Shown piece by piece: positions 19,331 through 27,064 of a DNA stretch of 64,000 bases. The notes beneath the pieces are model-generated. The model had not been told where the DNA came from, made no database searches, and saw only the letters and a list, made by a program, of their open reading frames with translations. Within the stretch, counting starts at the first letter, position 1. Every line of letters begins with the position of its first letter. Position numbers and translations under genes: made by a program. The DNA comes from an uncultured Candidatus Saccharibacteria bacterium (lineage in GTDB: Bacteria; Patescibacteriota; Minisyncoccia; Phycocordibacterales; UBA9973), in contig CAZYIA010000003.1 of NCBI GenBank assembly GCA_964646765.1, positions 66,815 to 130,814 of the forward strand, written 5' to 3'.

Positions 19331-19500
19331 CGTACTTGGGTGAGCCGGAGCCATGTTTCGCGAGCACGCGAAACCGGCGAGGCGGGGTCGCGAGCAAAAT
19401 TGCTCGACGGAGCAGTTTTGACTTGTGACCCCAAGGCTAGTGCCCAAGTGACTGGCGAGCCAAGAGTCGCGGACGATTCTCGATGGGCGATGATACTTTT
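19328..19500 (+). ncRNA. Unclassified structured RNA-like element, copy B of the tRNA-adjacent conserved element
   Basis: Core 19328-19401 is homologous to 1333-1405. Stem GTTTCGCG-agcac-CGCGAAAC (19345-19364) differs from copy A by a compensatory pair (U.A to C.G). A second hairpin CGAGCA-aaat-TGCTCG follows. The element ends with CGATTCTCGATGGGC (19474-19488), a 15-nt direct repeat of the tRNA-His T-arm/acceptor 3' end (19277-19291). Confidence 0.4.
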
Positions 19501-19515
19501 GCTACACTATAGTTC

Positions 19516-19875
19516 ATGAAAATCATCTTCATTGCCGGCCCAGTTCGTGGGGACGGCTCGCTTGAATCAAAGCGAAAAAATATTGAGAGTGCTCGCGTAC
19601 TTATACGCGAGTGTATTACCCAGGGGATCCCATTTTATTCACCACATTTAAATGTGGATCAGGAAAGTATCGAAATGATAGGGGATCTTGGTCAATTTGC
19701 TTGGAATTTAAATGCTGAAATGCTTCGCCGCTCAGATGCTCTCGCAGTTCTTCCAGGATTTGAAGATTCGGTTGGTACAAAAAAAGAAATTTCAATTGCT
19801 ACAGATAGCGGGAAACCAGTGTTTTATCTTCCTAACGATTTTGCCAAAATTGTAAGTTGGCTTTCAGAATCGTAA
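19516..19875 (+). CDS. DUF4406-like protein (nucleoside 2-deoxyribosyltransferase-like fold)
   Basis: MKIIFIAGP...DALAVLPGFEDSVGTKKEISIATDSGKPVFY follows the DUF4406 pattern (Y/FIAGP ... D..v.L.gWe.S.G...E...A...gkpV). Confidence 0.5.
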   Translation: MKIIFIAGPVRGDGSLESKRKNIESARVLIRECITQGIPFYSPHLNVDQESIEMIGDLGQFAWNLNAEMLRRSDALAVLPGFEDSVGTKKEISIATDSGKPVFYLPNDFAKIVSWLSES

Positions 19876-20133
19876 AAGTGTGAGAAGAAAAATACATACA
19901 ATACTAAACAGAGAACCTGTTAGCGTTGCTAAAATATCAAGGAGCTCTACATTTCCTCCTGTCACGGAGTCGTAGGCTTCTTTGCTTATAGCTGAGAAAA
20001 TCCCAAGGAGAAGCGCTATCGTTATACTCTCGATTGGGGAGTGTCCGAATAGAAAAAAAGACAGGATCCAAGAGAAAAGCGTAATACTAAAACCAGCGAG
20101 GAGGTGTTTCTGTTTATCTTCTGGGAAAAACAT
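19864..20133 (-). CDS. Small hypothetical membrane protein (3 TM)
   Basis: Hydrophobic helices. Start taken at the internal Met. No family recognised. Confidence 0.35.
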   Translation of the reverse strand: MFFPEDKQKHLLAGFSITLFSWILSFFLFGHSPIESITIALLLGIFSAISKEAYDSVTGGNVELLDILATLTGSLFSIVCIFLLTLLRF

Positions 20134-20248
20134 AATTATATTCCAGCACACCTGTTACAAAAATCAATATTTTACGCGTCACGGGATAGAGAACACTCCC
20201 GTTATTTCTTGAGGTCGATTTAGTAAATCTACTAGATATTCTTACGCT

Positions 20249-20905
20249 ATGAAAAAAATTCTAACATTTATGGTTGGCGCTGCATTTATTATTGCTGCTG
20301 TTGTTCTCTCAGGAGCACAGGCAAAGGCGCAGACTTTTCCGTCTGGTTGTTCTTCGTCTAGCGGTTATAGTACGACAACAGGTGTAGCATGTAATGGCAC
20401 AACAAGTTATCCAGCAGGATGTATCTCTTCATCTGGATATAGTTCGATAAGTGGTGTTCCATGTAACGGAATGGCGCTTGGTGCAAATGGCGGCTCACCA
20501 ACAATATATGGTTGTTCAGCTGGATACACGTATAGTGTCTATACCGGTGCACCATGTAATGGAGCAACTGGGCCAAACGTTGGTTCCCCTGGTGTTACCT
20601 ACTATGTCGCTGGTTGTACTTCTGCAACAGGCTATAGTTCAGTCTCAGGACTTTCCTGTGGCACCGTAGCAAGCTCTCCTGGATCGGTTAATGGTTACGC
20701 CATTCTTCCAGGTTGTGCTAATGCAGCGAGTGGATACAGTGTTGTAACAGGCCAATCATGTTATATTGCCGCGGCGAATATTAATACAGGTACGGTACCG
20801 GGAGTCCCAAATACTGATGGTGACCCAATTCGTCTTGTAGCACTTATTCTCGCAGGACTTTCTCTCTTCGGTATTGCGTATAGTATGAAACGTGTACTTG
20901 CGTAG
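20249..20905 (+). CDS. Secreted cysteine-rich repeat protein with C-terminal hydrophobic anchor / candidate sorting signal
   Basis: Signal peptide, then five tandem copies of GC-x(3-5)-GYS-x(3)-G-x(2)-C-NG (for example GCSSSSGYSTTTGVACNG, GCISSSGYSSISGVPCNG). The C-terminus is VPNTDGD-PIRLVALILAGLSLFGIAYS-MKRVLA: an LPxTG-like pentapeptide (VPNTD), a hydrophobic span and a basic tail. Confidence 0.7.
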   Translation: MKKILTFMVGAAFIIAAVVLSGAQAKAQTFPSGCSSSSGYSTTTGVACNGTTSYPAGCISSSGYSSISGVPCNGMALGANGGSPTIYGCSAGYTYSVYTGAPCNGATGPNVGSPGVTYYVAGCTSATGYSSVSGLSCGTVASSPGSVNGYAILPGCANAASGYSVVTGQSCYIAAANINTGTVPGVPNTDGDPIRLVALILAGLSLFGIAYSMKRVLA

Positions 20906-20912
20906 TTCTTAA

Positions 20913-20947
20913 CAAAAACGGATACCGAAAACGGGTATCCGTTTTTG
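20913..20947 (+). terminator. Rho-independent terminator
   Basis: AAAAACGGATACC-gaaaa-CGGGTATCCGTTTTTG. Confidence 0.65.
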
Positions 20948-20957
20948 TGTCGATAGT

Positions 20958-21593
20958 ATGAAAAAAAATTTTCTCATTTTTATATGTTTCCTGCTCATTA
21001 TCTTTATTGGAAGTGTGTGGTACATTCGCACTTCATCAGACCAGGAAGAAGCTATCCAGGCACCACTTATGGTGGTTTCTAGTCCTAGTGATGTGACCCA
21101 GCCACTCCCACAAAATACTTCGGTACTTCCGCAAGATACAACTGATACGACACTTCCCACACAGCTATCTATTCCTACTATTGGCGTAGAAACTTCTATA
21201 CAACAAGTTGGAGTAACCACGAGCGGCAATATGGCTACGCCGACAAATTATACGGATGTTGGTTGGTATAAGTATGGACCGCGGCCTGGTGAAATGGGAA
21301 GCGCCGTTATTGCTGGTCACCGTCGAAATGCAGCTTTTCTCCCTGCAGTTTTTTATCACATTAAAGATCTTGCGATAGGTGACGAAATTTTTATAACACG
21401 AAAGGATGGTACAAAACTCCGATTTAAAGTTATTCGGAGTGAGTTTTATAACTATGAAGATGTGCCAACACGACAATTATTTTTGGAAACTGGTGCCGCG
21501 TATCTAAAATTGGTTACCTGCGAAGGTGAGTGGCGAGAAGTTGATCGGACTGCTCGTGAGCGCCGAATTATAACCGCGATTCTAGAATCCTAG
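20958..21593 (+). CDS. Class F-like sortase (transpeptidase)
   Basis: N-terminal TM anchor and Pro/Thr-rich linker. Sortase core LSIPTIGVETSIQQVG...GSAVIAGHR (catalytic His) ... LVTCEG (TLxTC-type Cys) ... R (catalytic Arg). Confidence 0.8.
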   Translation: MKKNFLIFICFLLIIFIGSVWYIRTSSDQEEAIQAPLMVVSSPSDVTQPLPQNTSVLPQDTTDTTLPTQLSIPTIGVETSIQQVGVTTSGNMATPTNYTDVGWYKYGPRPGEMGSAVIAGHRRNAAFLPAVFYHIKDLAIGDEIFITRKDGTKLRFKVIRSEFYNYEDVPTRQLFLETGAAYLKLVTCEGEWREVDRTARERRIITAILES

Positions 21594-21845
21594 ACCAGAA
21601 TCATTGGTGATCGCATTGATCTGACTGTAGTTTGAAAGGAAACTTGGAATAGCGAGAGCAAGACCAATAAGCGGAAGAATAAAAAGTGCCACAGTGATAA
21701 TTGCCGACCAGAGAAAATATTTTCTGGTTTTTTCAACCGATTGGTAGATTTGATCAATCTTTTGCTCTAACGCGGCCAAGCGCTCTTCGGTGCTTTGCAT
21801 ACTAAAAGTGTACCACAGAAAAAATTTGTTTTTTAAATCACGCAA
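21582..21845 (-). CDS. Small hypothetical membrane protein
   Basis: 87 aa with a coiled-coil N-terminus and one or two TM helices. Confidence 0.35.
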   Translation of the reverse strand: MRDLKNKFFLWYTFSMQSTEERLAALEQKIDQIYQSVEKTRKYFLWSAIITVALFILPLIGLALAIPSFLSNYSQINAITNDSGLGF

Positions 21846-21868
21846 AAATCCCCAAAAGGGGATTTTTG
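21845..21868 (-). terminator. Rho-independent terminator after the DUF1328 gene
   Basis: AAAAATCCCC-aaaa-GGGGATTTTT. Confidence 0.6.
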
Positions 21869-21874
21869 TTGTAG

Positions 21875-22060
21875 TTACTTCAATGCGTTCTTAGCTCCGC
21901 CGACAAAGGCTCCTCCGGCAATGAGTGTAACAAGGAAGAGTACTAAGAAGACATAAAAGAGAACTTTAGCGATTGCAATTGAAGCACCAGCGATCGTTGT
22001 AAAACCAAAAATTGCAGCAACAATAGCAACAACTAAGAAAATTAAACTCCATTTAAGCAT
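21875..22060 (-). CDS. DUF1328/YtjA-like small membrane protein
   Basis: [47 protein letters not shown] matches the UPF0391 pattern. Confidence 0.6.
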   Translation of the reverse strand: MLKWSLIFLVVAIVAAIFGFTTIAGASIAIAKVLFYVFLVLFLVTLIAGGAFVGGAKNALK

Positions 22061-22201
22061 AGCGTAACTCATATATAACTAAGCTCTAATAACCTGGTAC
22101 GCATCTTTTAAGGGTTGTACCCCCTCCTAAAGCTAACGATTTCTTAAAAAGTGCTGTGACAGTGCATTTTTGAAACAAATAAAATCTGATATAGTCCTCG
22201 T

Positions 22202-22576
22202 ATGAAAGAAGGGTCCAAGGGAAGAGTTATTGCTTTTGACTTTGATGGAGTGATTGCGCACTACGCGGGATTTGTGGCAAAAGATCATGTGCGTGAGCCT
22301 AATGAACAGGTTGTAGAAGCAATGAGAACACTTCAAAAAGATGGTTATAAAATCCTCGTGCACTCAACTCGCGGCGAGGCGTTCCTAAAATCATATTGCG
22401 AGAAGTTTGGTATTCCACACGATTACATAAATCGCCGACCTGACCGAGAAGGTGAAAATCCTGGTAAACCAATTGCCTACGTATATATTGATGATAACTC
22501 TATTTGTTATCACGGCCAGAGTGCTGGTGAGTTGGTCCAGCAGATTGAGGAGTTTAAGCCGTACTGGAGAAGTTAA
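22202..22576 (+). CDS. Small HAD-like phosphatase
   Basis: VIAFDFDGVIA (DxDG nucleophile motif) ... YVYIDDNS. Confidence 0.45.
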   Translation: MKEGSKGRVIAFDFDGVIAHYAGFVAKDHVREPNEQVVEAMRTLQKDGYKILVHSTRGEAFLKSYCEKFGIPHDYINRRPDREGENPGKPIAYVYIDDNSICYHGQSAGELVQQIEEFKPYWRS

Positions 22577-22578
22577 GT

Positions 22579-22914
22579 ATGGATCAGATTTCGTGGAACG
22601 ATTTTGAAAAAGTAGAACTTCGAGTTGGTACGGTACTTGCTGTTGATGATTTCCCGGAAGCTCGTAAACCAGCTTGGAAATTGACTATTGATTTTGGTCA
22701 ATTTGGTATAAAGCGTTCTAGTGCTCAGATTACCAAGCACTATACCAAAGAGAATCTCGTGGGAACTCAGGTGCTTGCCGTTATTAATTTCCCGGCCAAA
22801 CAAGTTGGTCCATTCATGTCAGAGTGTCTCACCACGGGGTTTGCTGATGACCAAGGAGATATCGTTCTTGCTCGACCAGAAAAACCAGTACCTAATGGGA
22901 CAAAGCTCCTCTAG
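22579..22914 (+). CDS. csaA: tRNA-binding protein CsaA/Trbp111-like
   Basis: F.KVELRVGTV...FPEARKPAWKLTIDFG...SSAQIT..Y..E.L.G.QV.AV.NFP.KQ. Confidence 0.8.
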   Translation: MDQISWNDFEKVELRVGTVLAVDDFPEARKPAWKLTIDFGQFGIKRSSAQITKHYTKENLVGTQVLAVINFPAKQVGPFMSECLTTGFADDQGDIVLARPEKPVPNGTKLL

Positions 22915-22938
22915 CCCTCTTCGTGGTACTATAGTGAT

Positions 22939-23529
22939 ATGTTTCAAGAAGGCGTGTATTACCGTTTTGGCAAGAAAACACTTACTCTTGCTCTTTCTCG
23001 ATCATTCTCTTTTCTCATCTTTGCGGTTCTTGCATTCATGGTACTTTTTTTTGCCCGAGGGAAAGTCGCTCTTCTTTCGATCGCTCACCAGGGAACATTT
23101 CTTACGCTCTTTGATTCAATCTTAAAAAACATTACCTTTTACGGAATGATTGCTCTCGGGATTATTTTTGTCATTCTTGTTTTTTCAGCGTGGCTTGATT
23201 ATCAAAGTCGTGAGTTTATGCTCGATCAGTATGCTTTACGAATCAGAAGCGGTATATTTTCCCGCCATGAAATTACGATTCCTTACGGAGAAATTCAGAA
23301 CGTGAACATGAATGAAACTTTTTCTGGTCGGATGATGGGAGTCGTTGAGTTGTTGGTGCTCACCGCTGGTCACGAGGACAAAGGAGAAGAGTCCTCAGGA
23401 ATATTCCAGATGATTGATCGAAATGTTGCTACTAATCTTCAGGATGAATTATTGCGTCGAGCCAGTGCTTCTAATTTTCATTTTGGGTCCGGAGCTCCCG
23501 CTTCCTCTATACCATCGCATGTCGAATGA
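22939..23529 (+). CDS. Membrane protein with bacterial PH domain (YdbS/bPH_2-like)
   Basis: Two N-terminal TM helices, then YALRIRSGIFSRHEITIPYGEIQNVNMNETFSGRMMGVVELLVLTAG. Confidence 0.6.
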   Translation: MFQEGVYYRFGKKTLTLALSRSFSFLIFAVLAFMVLFFARGKVALLSIAHQGTFLTLFDSILKNITFYGMIALGIIFVILVFSAWLDYQSREFMLDQYALRIRSGIFSRHEITIPYGEIQNVNMNETFSGRMMGVVELLVLTAGHEDKGEESSGIFQMIDRNVATNLQDELLRRASASNFHFGSGAPASSIPSHVE

Positions 23530-24886
23530 TTTTCTTAAAAAAATAGTTAGTGAGCCAGCTGAACTACTCGAAAAGGGGATAGAAGTGGCAGAACAAGCTG
23601 AGCATACTGTCGCCTCAAAGAAGACAGTAGCGAAAATTTCAGGTTACTTGAATGCGCTGGGTCCTGGGCTTATTACCGGAGCAGCTGATGATGATCCTTC
23701 TGGTATTGCTACCTACTCACAAACAGGGGCTCAGTTCGGTTTTCAATTTATTTGGCTTTCGCTTTTTACGTTTCCCTTGATGGCGGTGGTACAAGAAATG
23801 TGTGCACGTATCGGACTCTCTACTGGCAGGGGATTAGCCGCAAATGTCCGTATGCATTTCCCAAAATGGTTTCTGTATGGTTCCACTTTTTTTCTTGTCG
23901 TAGCAAACACTTTTAATATTGCTGCTGACCTAGGAGCTATGGCAGAAGCAACGAAGCTTGTATTTGCAGGAGCCTCATTTACACTCCTCGTGGTATTTTT
24001 TGCCTTAGCATCGTTACTGCTTCAGATTTTTACTACGTATCAAACGTACGCCCGATACCTAAAATATCTTACGTTCATCCTTTTTTCGTACGTTGCAGTT
24101 GTTTTTTTTATCCATATCAATTGGCATGATCTTTTTATTCACTTAGTTGTTCCAACTATTTCGTTTACCAAAGACGAGCTACTTATTGTTTGTGCTGTGT
24201 TGGGAACTACAATCTCACCATACCTTTTCTTCTGGCAAAGTTCACAAGAAGTAGAGGAGGAGGTGCTTCACGGAAAAACTACTGTTACTCTTCGCAAAGA
24301 AGCAGTTGAACCAACCATGATTCGAGATATGCGTCTTGATGTCTGGAGTGGCATGTTGGTTTCAAATGTAGTGATGTTCTTTATTATTGCTGCATGTGGA
24401 GCAACACTTCATCAGGCAGGTATAACAACGATACAGACAGCAGGGGACGCGGCTCTAGCTTTAAAGCCGTTCGCCGGAAATTTTGCTTTTACACTTTTCG
24501 CTTTAGGTATTATCGGTACTGGCATGCTTGCAACCCCAGTGCTTGCTGGAGCATCATCGTATGCAGTCTCTGAAACTTTTCGTTTTAAAGAAGGACTCTA
24601 TCGAAAATTAAAAGATGCCTACGCATTCTACGGGGTGATTATTATTGGCATGGTGCTCGGGATTCTCTTAAACTTTGTTGGCCTTGATCCAATTAGAATG
24701 CTTTTGTATGCCGCTGTACTTAATGGATTAGTTGCGCCGCTTATTCTTGTTGCCATTGTCTATCTAGCTTCAAATAAAAAAGTTATGGGAGTCTGGGTAA
24801 ATCGCAAGGGAACGTCGCTTCTTGGTTGGTTCATCATTATTATGATGGTTATCTCAGGTACGTGTGCGGTAGTTGCTCTGTTTTAA
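23519..24886 (+). CDS. Nramp-family divalent metal cation transporter
   Basis: LGPGLITGAADDDPSGIATYSQTGAQFGF...LMAVVQEMCARIGLSTGRGLA matches the Nramp consensus. 11-12 TM helices. Start at MSNDFLKK. Confidence 0.8.
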   Translation: MSNDFLKKIVSEPAELLEKGIEVAEQAEHTVASKKTVAKISGYLNALGPGLITGAADDDPSGIATYSQTGAQFGFQFIWLSLFTFPLMAVVQEMCARIGLSTGRGLAANVRMHFPKWFLYGSTFFLVVANTFNIAADLGAMAEATKLVFAGASFTLLVVFFALASLLLQIFTTYQTYARYLKYLTFILFSYVAVVFFIHINWHDLFIHLVVPTISFTKDELLIVCAVLGTTISPYLFFWQSSQEVEEEVLHGKTTVTLRKEAVEPTMIRDMRLDVWSGMLVSNVVMFFIIAACGATLHQAGITTIQTAGDAALALKPFAGNFAFTLFALGIIGTGMLATPVLAGASSYAVSETFRFKEGLYRKLKDAYAFYGVIIIGMVLGILLNFVGLDPIRMLLYAAVLNGLVAPLILVAIVYLASNKKVMGVWVNRKGTSLLGWFIIIMMVISGTCAVVALF

Positions 24887-24928
24887 GCATTTGTCTCTAC
24901 TACATACTCTCGGTATACTCTACGATAT

Positions 24929-25897
24929 ATGTCTACTGGAACGCTTATTGCTACTATTACGGCCTTAGTTGCCGTTTTTCTCTTTGCGATAACAAAATTT
25001 TCTCATCAAATTGAACGTAATGCTGGTCCAAAATTTCGCTCGTTCATTCATCATGTTACCGGAACACCCATTACGGGAGCATTGGCCGGATTTGTAACCT
25101 CCGCAGTTTCTCAATCGAGTAGTGTAACCTCAGTATTGGCTGTCTCTTTAGCTGAAGCAGGAATGCTCTCTTTTAGCGGGAGCCTCGGGGTTATTATTGG
25201 AGCCAATGTTGGCACCACGATTACGTCGCAACTCGTAGCTTTCAAGCTTACGGCGATTGCTCCGTATTTTGTTATTTTAGGCCTCGTGCTTCACTATACG
25301 CCAAGCTCTTTTAGACGATATGGCAAGCCCATTTTTTATTTTGGGTTACTTTTCTTCACGTTGTTTCTCATGCAAGATAAGCTTGCTACTCTCGCGCAGA
25401 CCCCTTTTATGGTTCGTTTTCTTACCCTCTCAAGCGCTCCTATCTTAGCTGCGTTGGTTGGAGCCTTTGCTGCCTTAATTTTTCAATCAAGCACGCTCGT
25501 AACCACGATTGCTATTCTTTTAGTTGGTTCAGGCGGTATCCCATTTTCTCAAGCGTTGCCGATTATTCTTGGTGCTAATGTTGGTACAACTTCAACTGCG
25601 ATTATTGCGTCGTTGCCGCTATCTGCCCGTGCACGAGAGGTTGCTGTTGCGCACGCCATTTTTAACGTTGTTGGTTCTGTTGTGTTCATGTTTATTTTGA
25701 ATCCATTTTCAAAACTTATTTATTTTATTGGCGGTACTCCTGAGCAGTATGTTGCTAATGCGCATCTCATCTTTAATGCAACATGTGCTATCGTTGCGTT
25801 ACTTCTCTTTCCTCTTTATGAACGCGCAACACGATTTATATCAGTTTGGTTTGAAAAAGTAGTTGCTCCCTTGCCACGTAATCACGAATTGTCATAA
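24929..25897 (+). CDS. Na/Pi-cotransporter family protein (NptA/YjbB-like)
   Basis: Duplicated GANVGTT motifs (GANVGTTITSQ and GANVGTTSTAIIAS) in a polytopic membrane protein. Confidence 0.75.
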   Translation: MSTGTLIATITALVAVFLFAITKFSHQIERNAGPKFRSFIHHVTGTPITGALAGFVTSAVSQSSSVTSVLAVSLAEAGMLSFSGSLGVIIGANVGTTITSQLVAFKLTAIAPYFVILGLVLHYTPSSFRRYGKPIFYFGLLFFTLFLMQDKLATLAQTPFMVRFLTLSSAPILAALVGAFAALIFQSSTLVTTIAILLVGSGGIPFSQALPIILGANVGTTSTAIIASLPLSARAREVAVAHAIFNVVGSVVFMFILNPFSKLIYFIGGTPEQYVANAHLIFNATCAIVALLLFPLYERATRFISVWFEKVVAPLPRNHELS

Positions 25898-25952
25898 AGT
25901 GAAATGTGCGCATGTGATATACTAATGCTTGTAAGTAACTAATGTTAATTCT

Positions 25953-26735
25953 ATGGCCAACGACACTGTCGCAAAAAAAATAGTTGAAGGAACAGATCTT
26001 CCAACTCATGTTCCACTCCAAGATTTTCGTAAAACACCAACCACTGGTTTAGTTCCAGAAGAAATAAAAAAAATTTGTCGTGGTCTTGCCCCAAAAGATC
26101 GCGAGAAGCAACTTCTCTGTGTGATTGAAGAAGAAACGAAGCAGGGATTTGAGTTTCTAAAACAGTATCCACGTATCGTTACTATTTTGGGTTCAGCTCG
26201 AACACCAGAAGGGGATATGTACTACGAAGCTGCTCGAGAATGCGGTCGCCGCCTTGTTGAAGATTTTGGTGTTGCGGTTGCTACTGGTGGTGGTCCCGGC
26301 ATTATGGAAGCAGCAAATCGTGGAGCAAAAGAGGCAAACGGTAAGTCTCTCGGTATTGCTATTGCGCTTCCACATGAACAAGCAACCAATCCCTACGTTA
26401 CTGATTCACTAACATTTCACTTTTTCTTTACCCGTAAAGTGATTATGAGTTATGCCGCTAAAGCATATATCTTTTTCCCTGGTGGTTTTGGGACACTCAA
26501 TGAACTTTTTGAATTTTTGACTTTAGTTCAAACAGAAAAGGTTCCGCCAATGCCAATTTTCCTTTTTGGTAGCGAATATTGGAATCCACTCCTCTCCCTT
26601 GTTGAAGATGAACTTCGCGGCAGACGTTATATCGATCCAAAAGATGAGCACCTTTTTGTTATTTCTGACTCTCTTGATGAGATCATGGAGAGCCTCTCCC
26701 ACTTTTTGAAGCGAGAAGAGGGGAATGCTCTCTAA
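25953..26735 (+). CDS. LOG-family (TIGR00730) nucleotide 5'-monophosphate phosphoribohydrolase
   Basis: VTILGSAR...GVAVATGGGPGIMEAANRGA...PGGFGTLNELFE. Confidence 0.8.
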   Translation: MANDTVAKKIVEGTDLPTHVPLQDFRKTPTTGLVPEEIKKICRGLAPKDREKQLLCVIEEETKQGFEFLKQYPRIVTILGSARTPEGDMYYEAARECGRRLVEDFGVAVATGGGPGIMEAANRGAKEANGKSLGIAIALPHEQATNPYVTDSLTFHFFFTRKVIMSYAAKAYIFFPGGFGTLNELFEFLTLVQTEKVPPMPIFLFGSEYWNPLLSLVEDELRGRRYIDPKDEHLFVISDSLDEIMESLSHFLKREEGNAL

Positions 26736-26774
26736 ACAGGTAAAAAATTTTTTCCATCATAGTATTTTTCTTTT

Positions 26775-26800
26775 AAAAAGAGCTCTCCGGAGCTCTTTTT
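26775..26800 (+). terminator. Rho-independent terminator after the LOG gene
   Basis: AAAAAGAGCTC-tccg-GAGCTCTTTTT. Confidence 0.75.
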
Positions 26801-27064
26801 AAAGCGTCGTTTGGCGTGCATATTGACCCCTGCGAGAGACCATGTCCAAAGCCCCAAAAAAGTACTTTTCCACTATTAAACCCGACCTCGCCACGTGCTA
26901 AAATCTGACTCCAACCGAGGTAGGCTGGGAAAAACGAGGATACGCAGCTCCCAAAAAAGCGCGTTCTTTCCTCTCCACGGAAAGGTACATCTTCTCATTG
27001 GCATGGTAGCCACACGTGAGTACAGAGAACACCTCTCCTTTATAAAGTAAGCGAGAAATATTTT

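Noticed and set aside
23414-23518. Long N-terminal extension of the Nramp transporter ORF
   Set aside because: It overlaps the preceding bPH-domain gene by about 115 nt. The internal Met (MSNDFLKK) sits at the canonical Nramp N-terminus.
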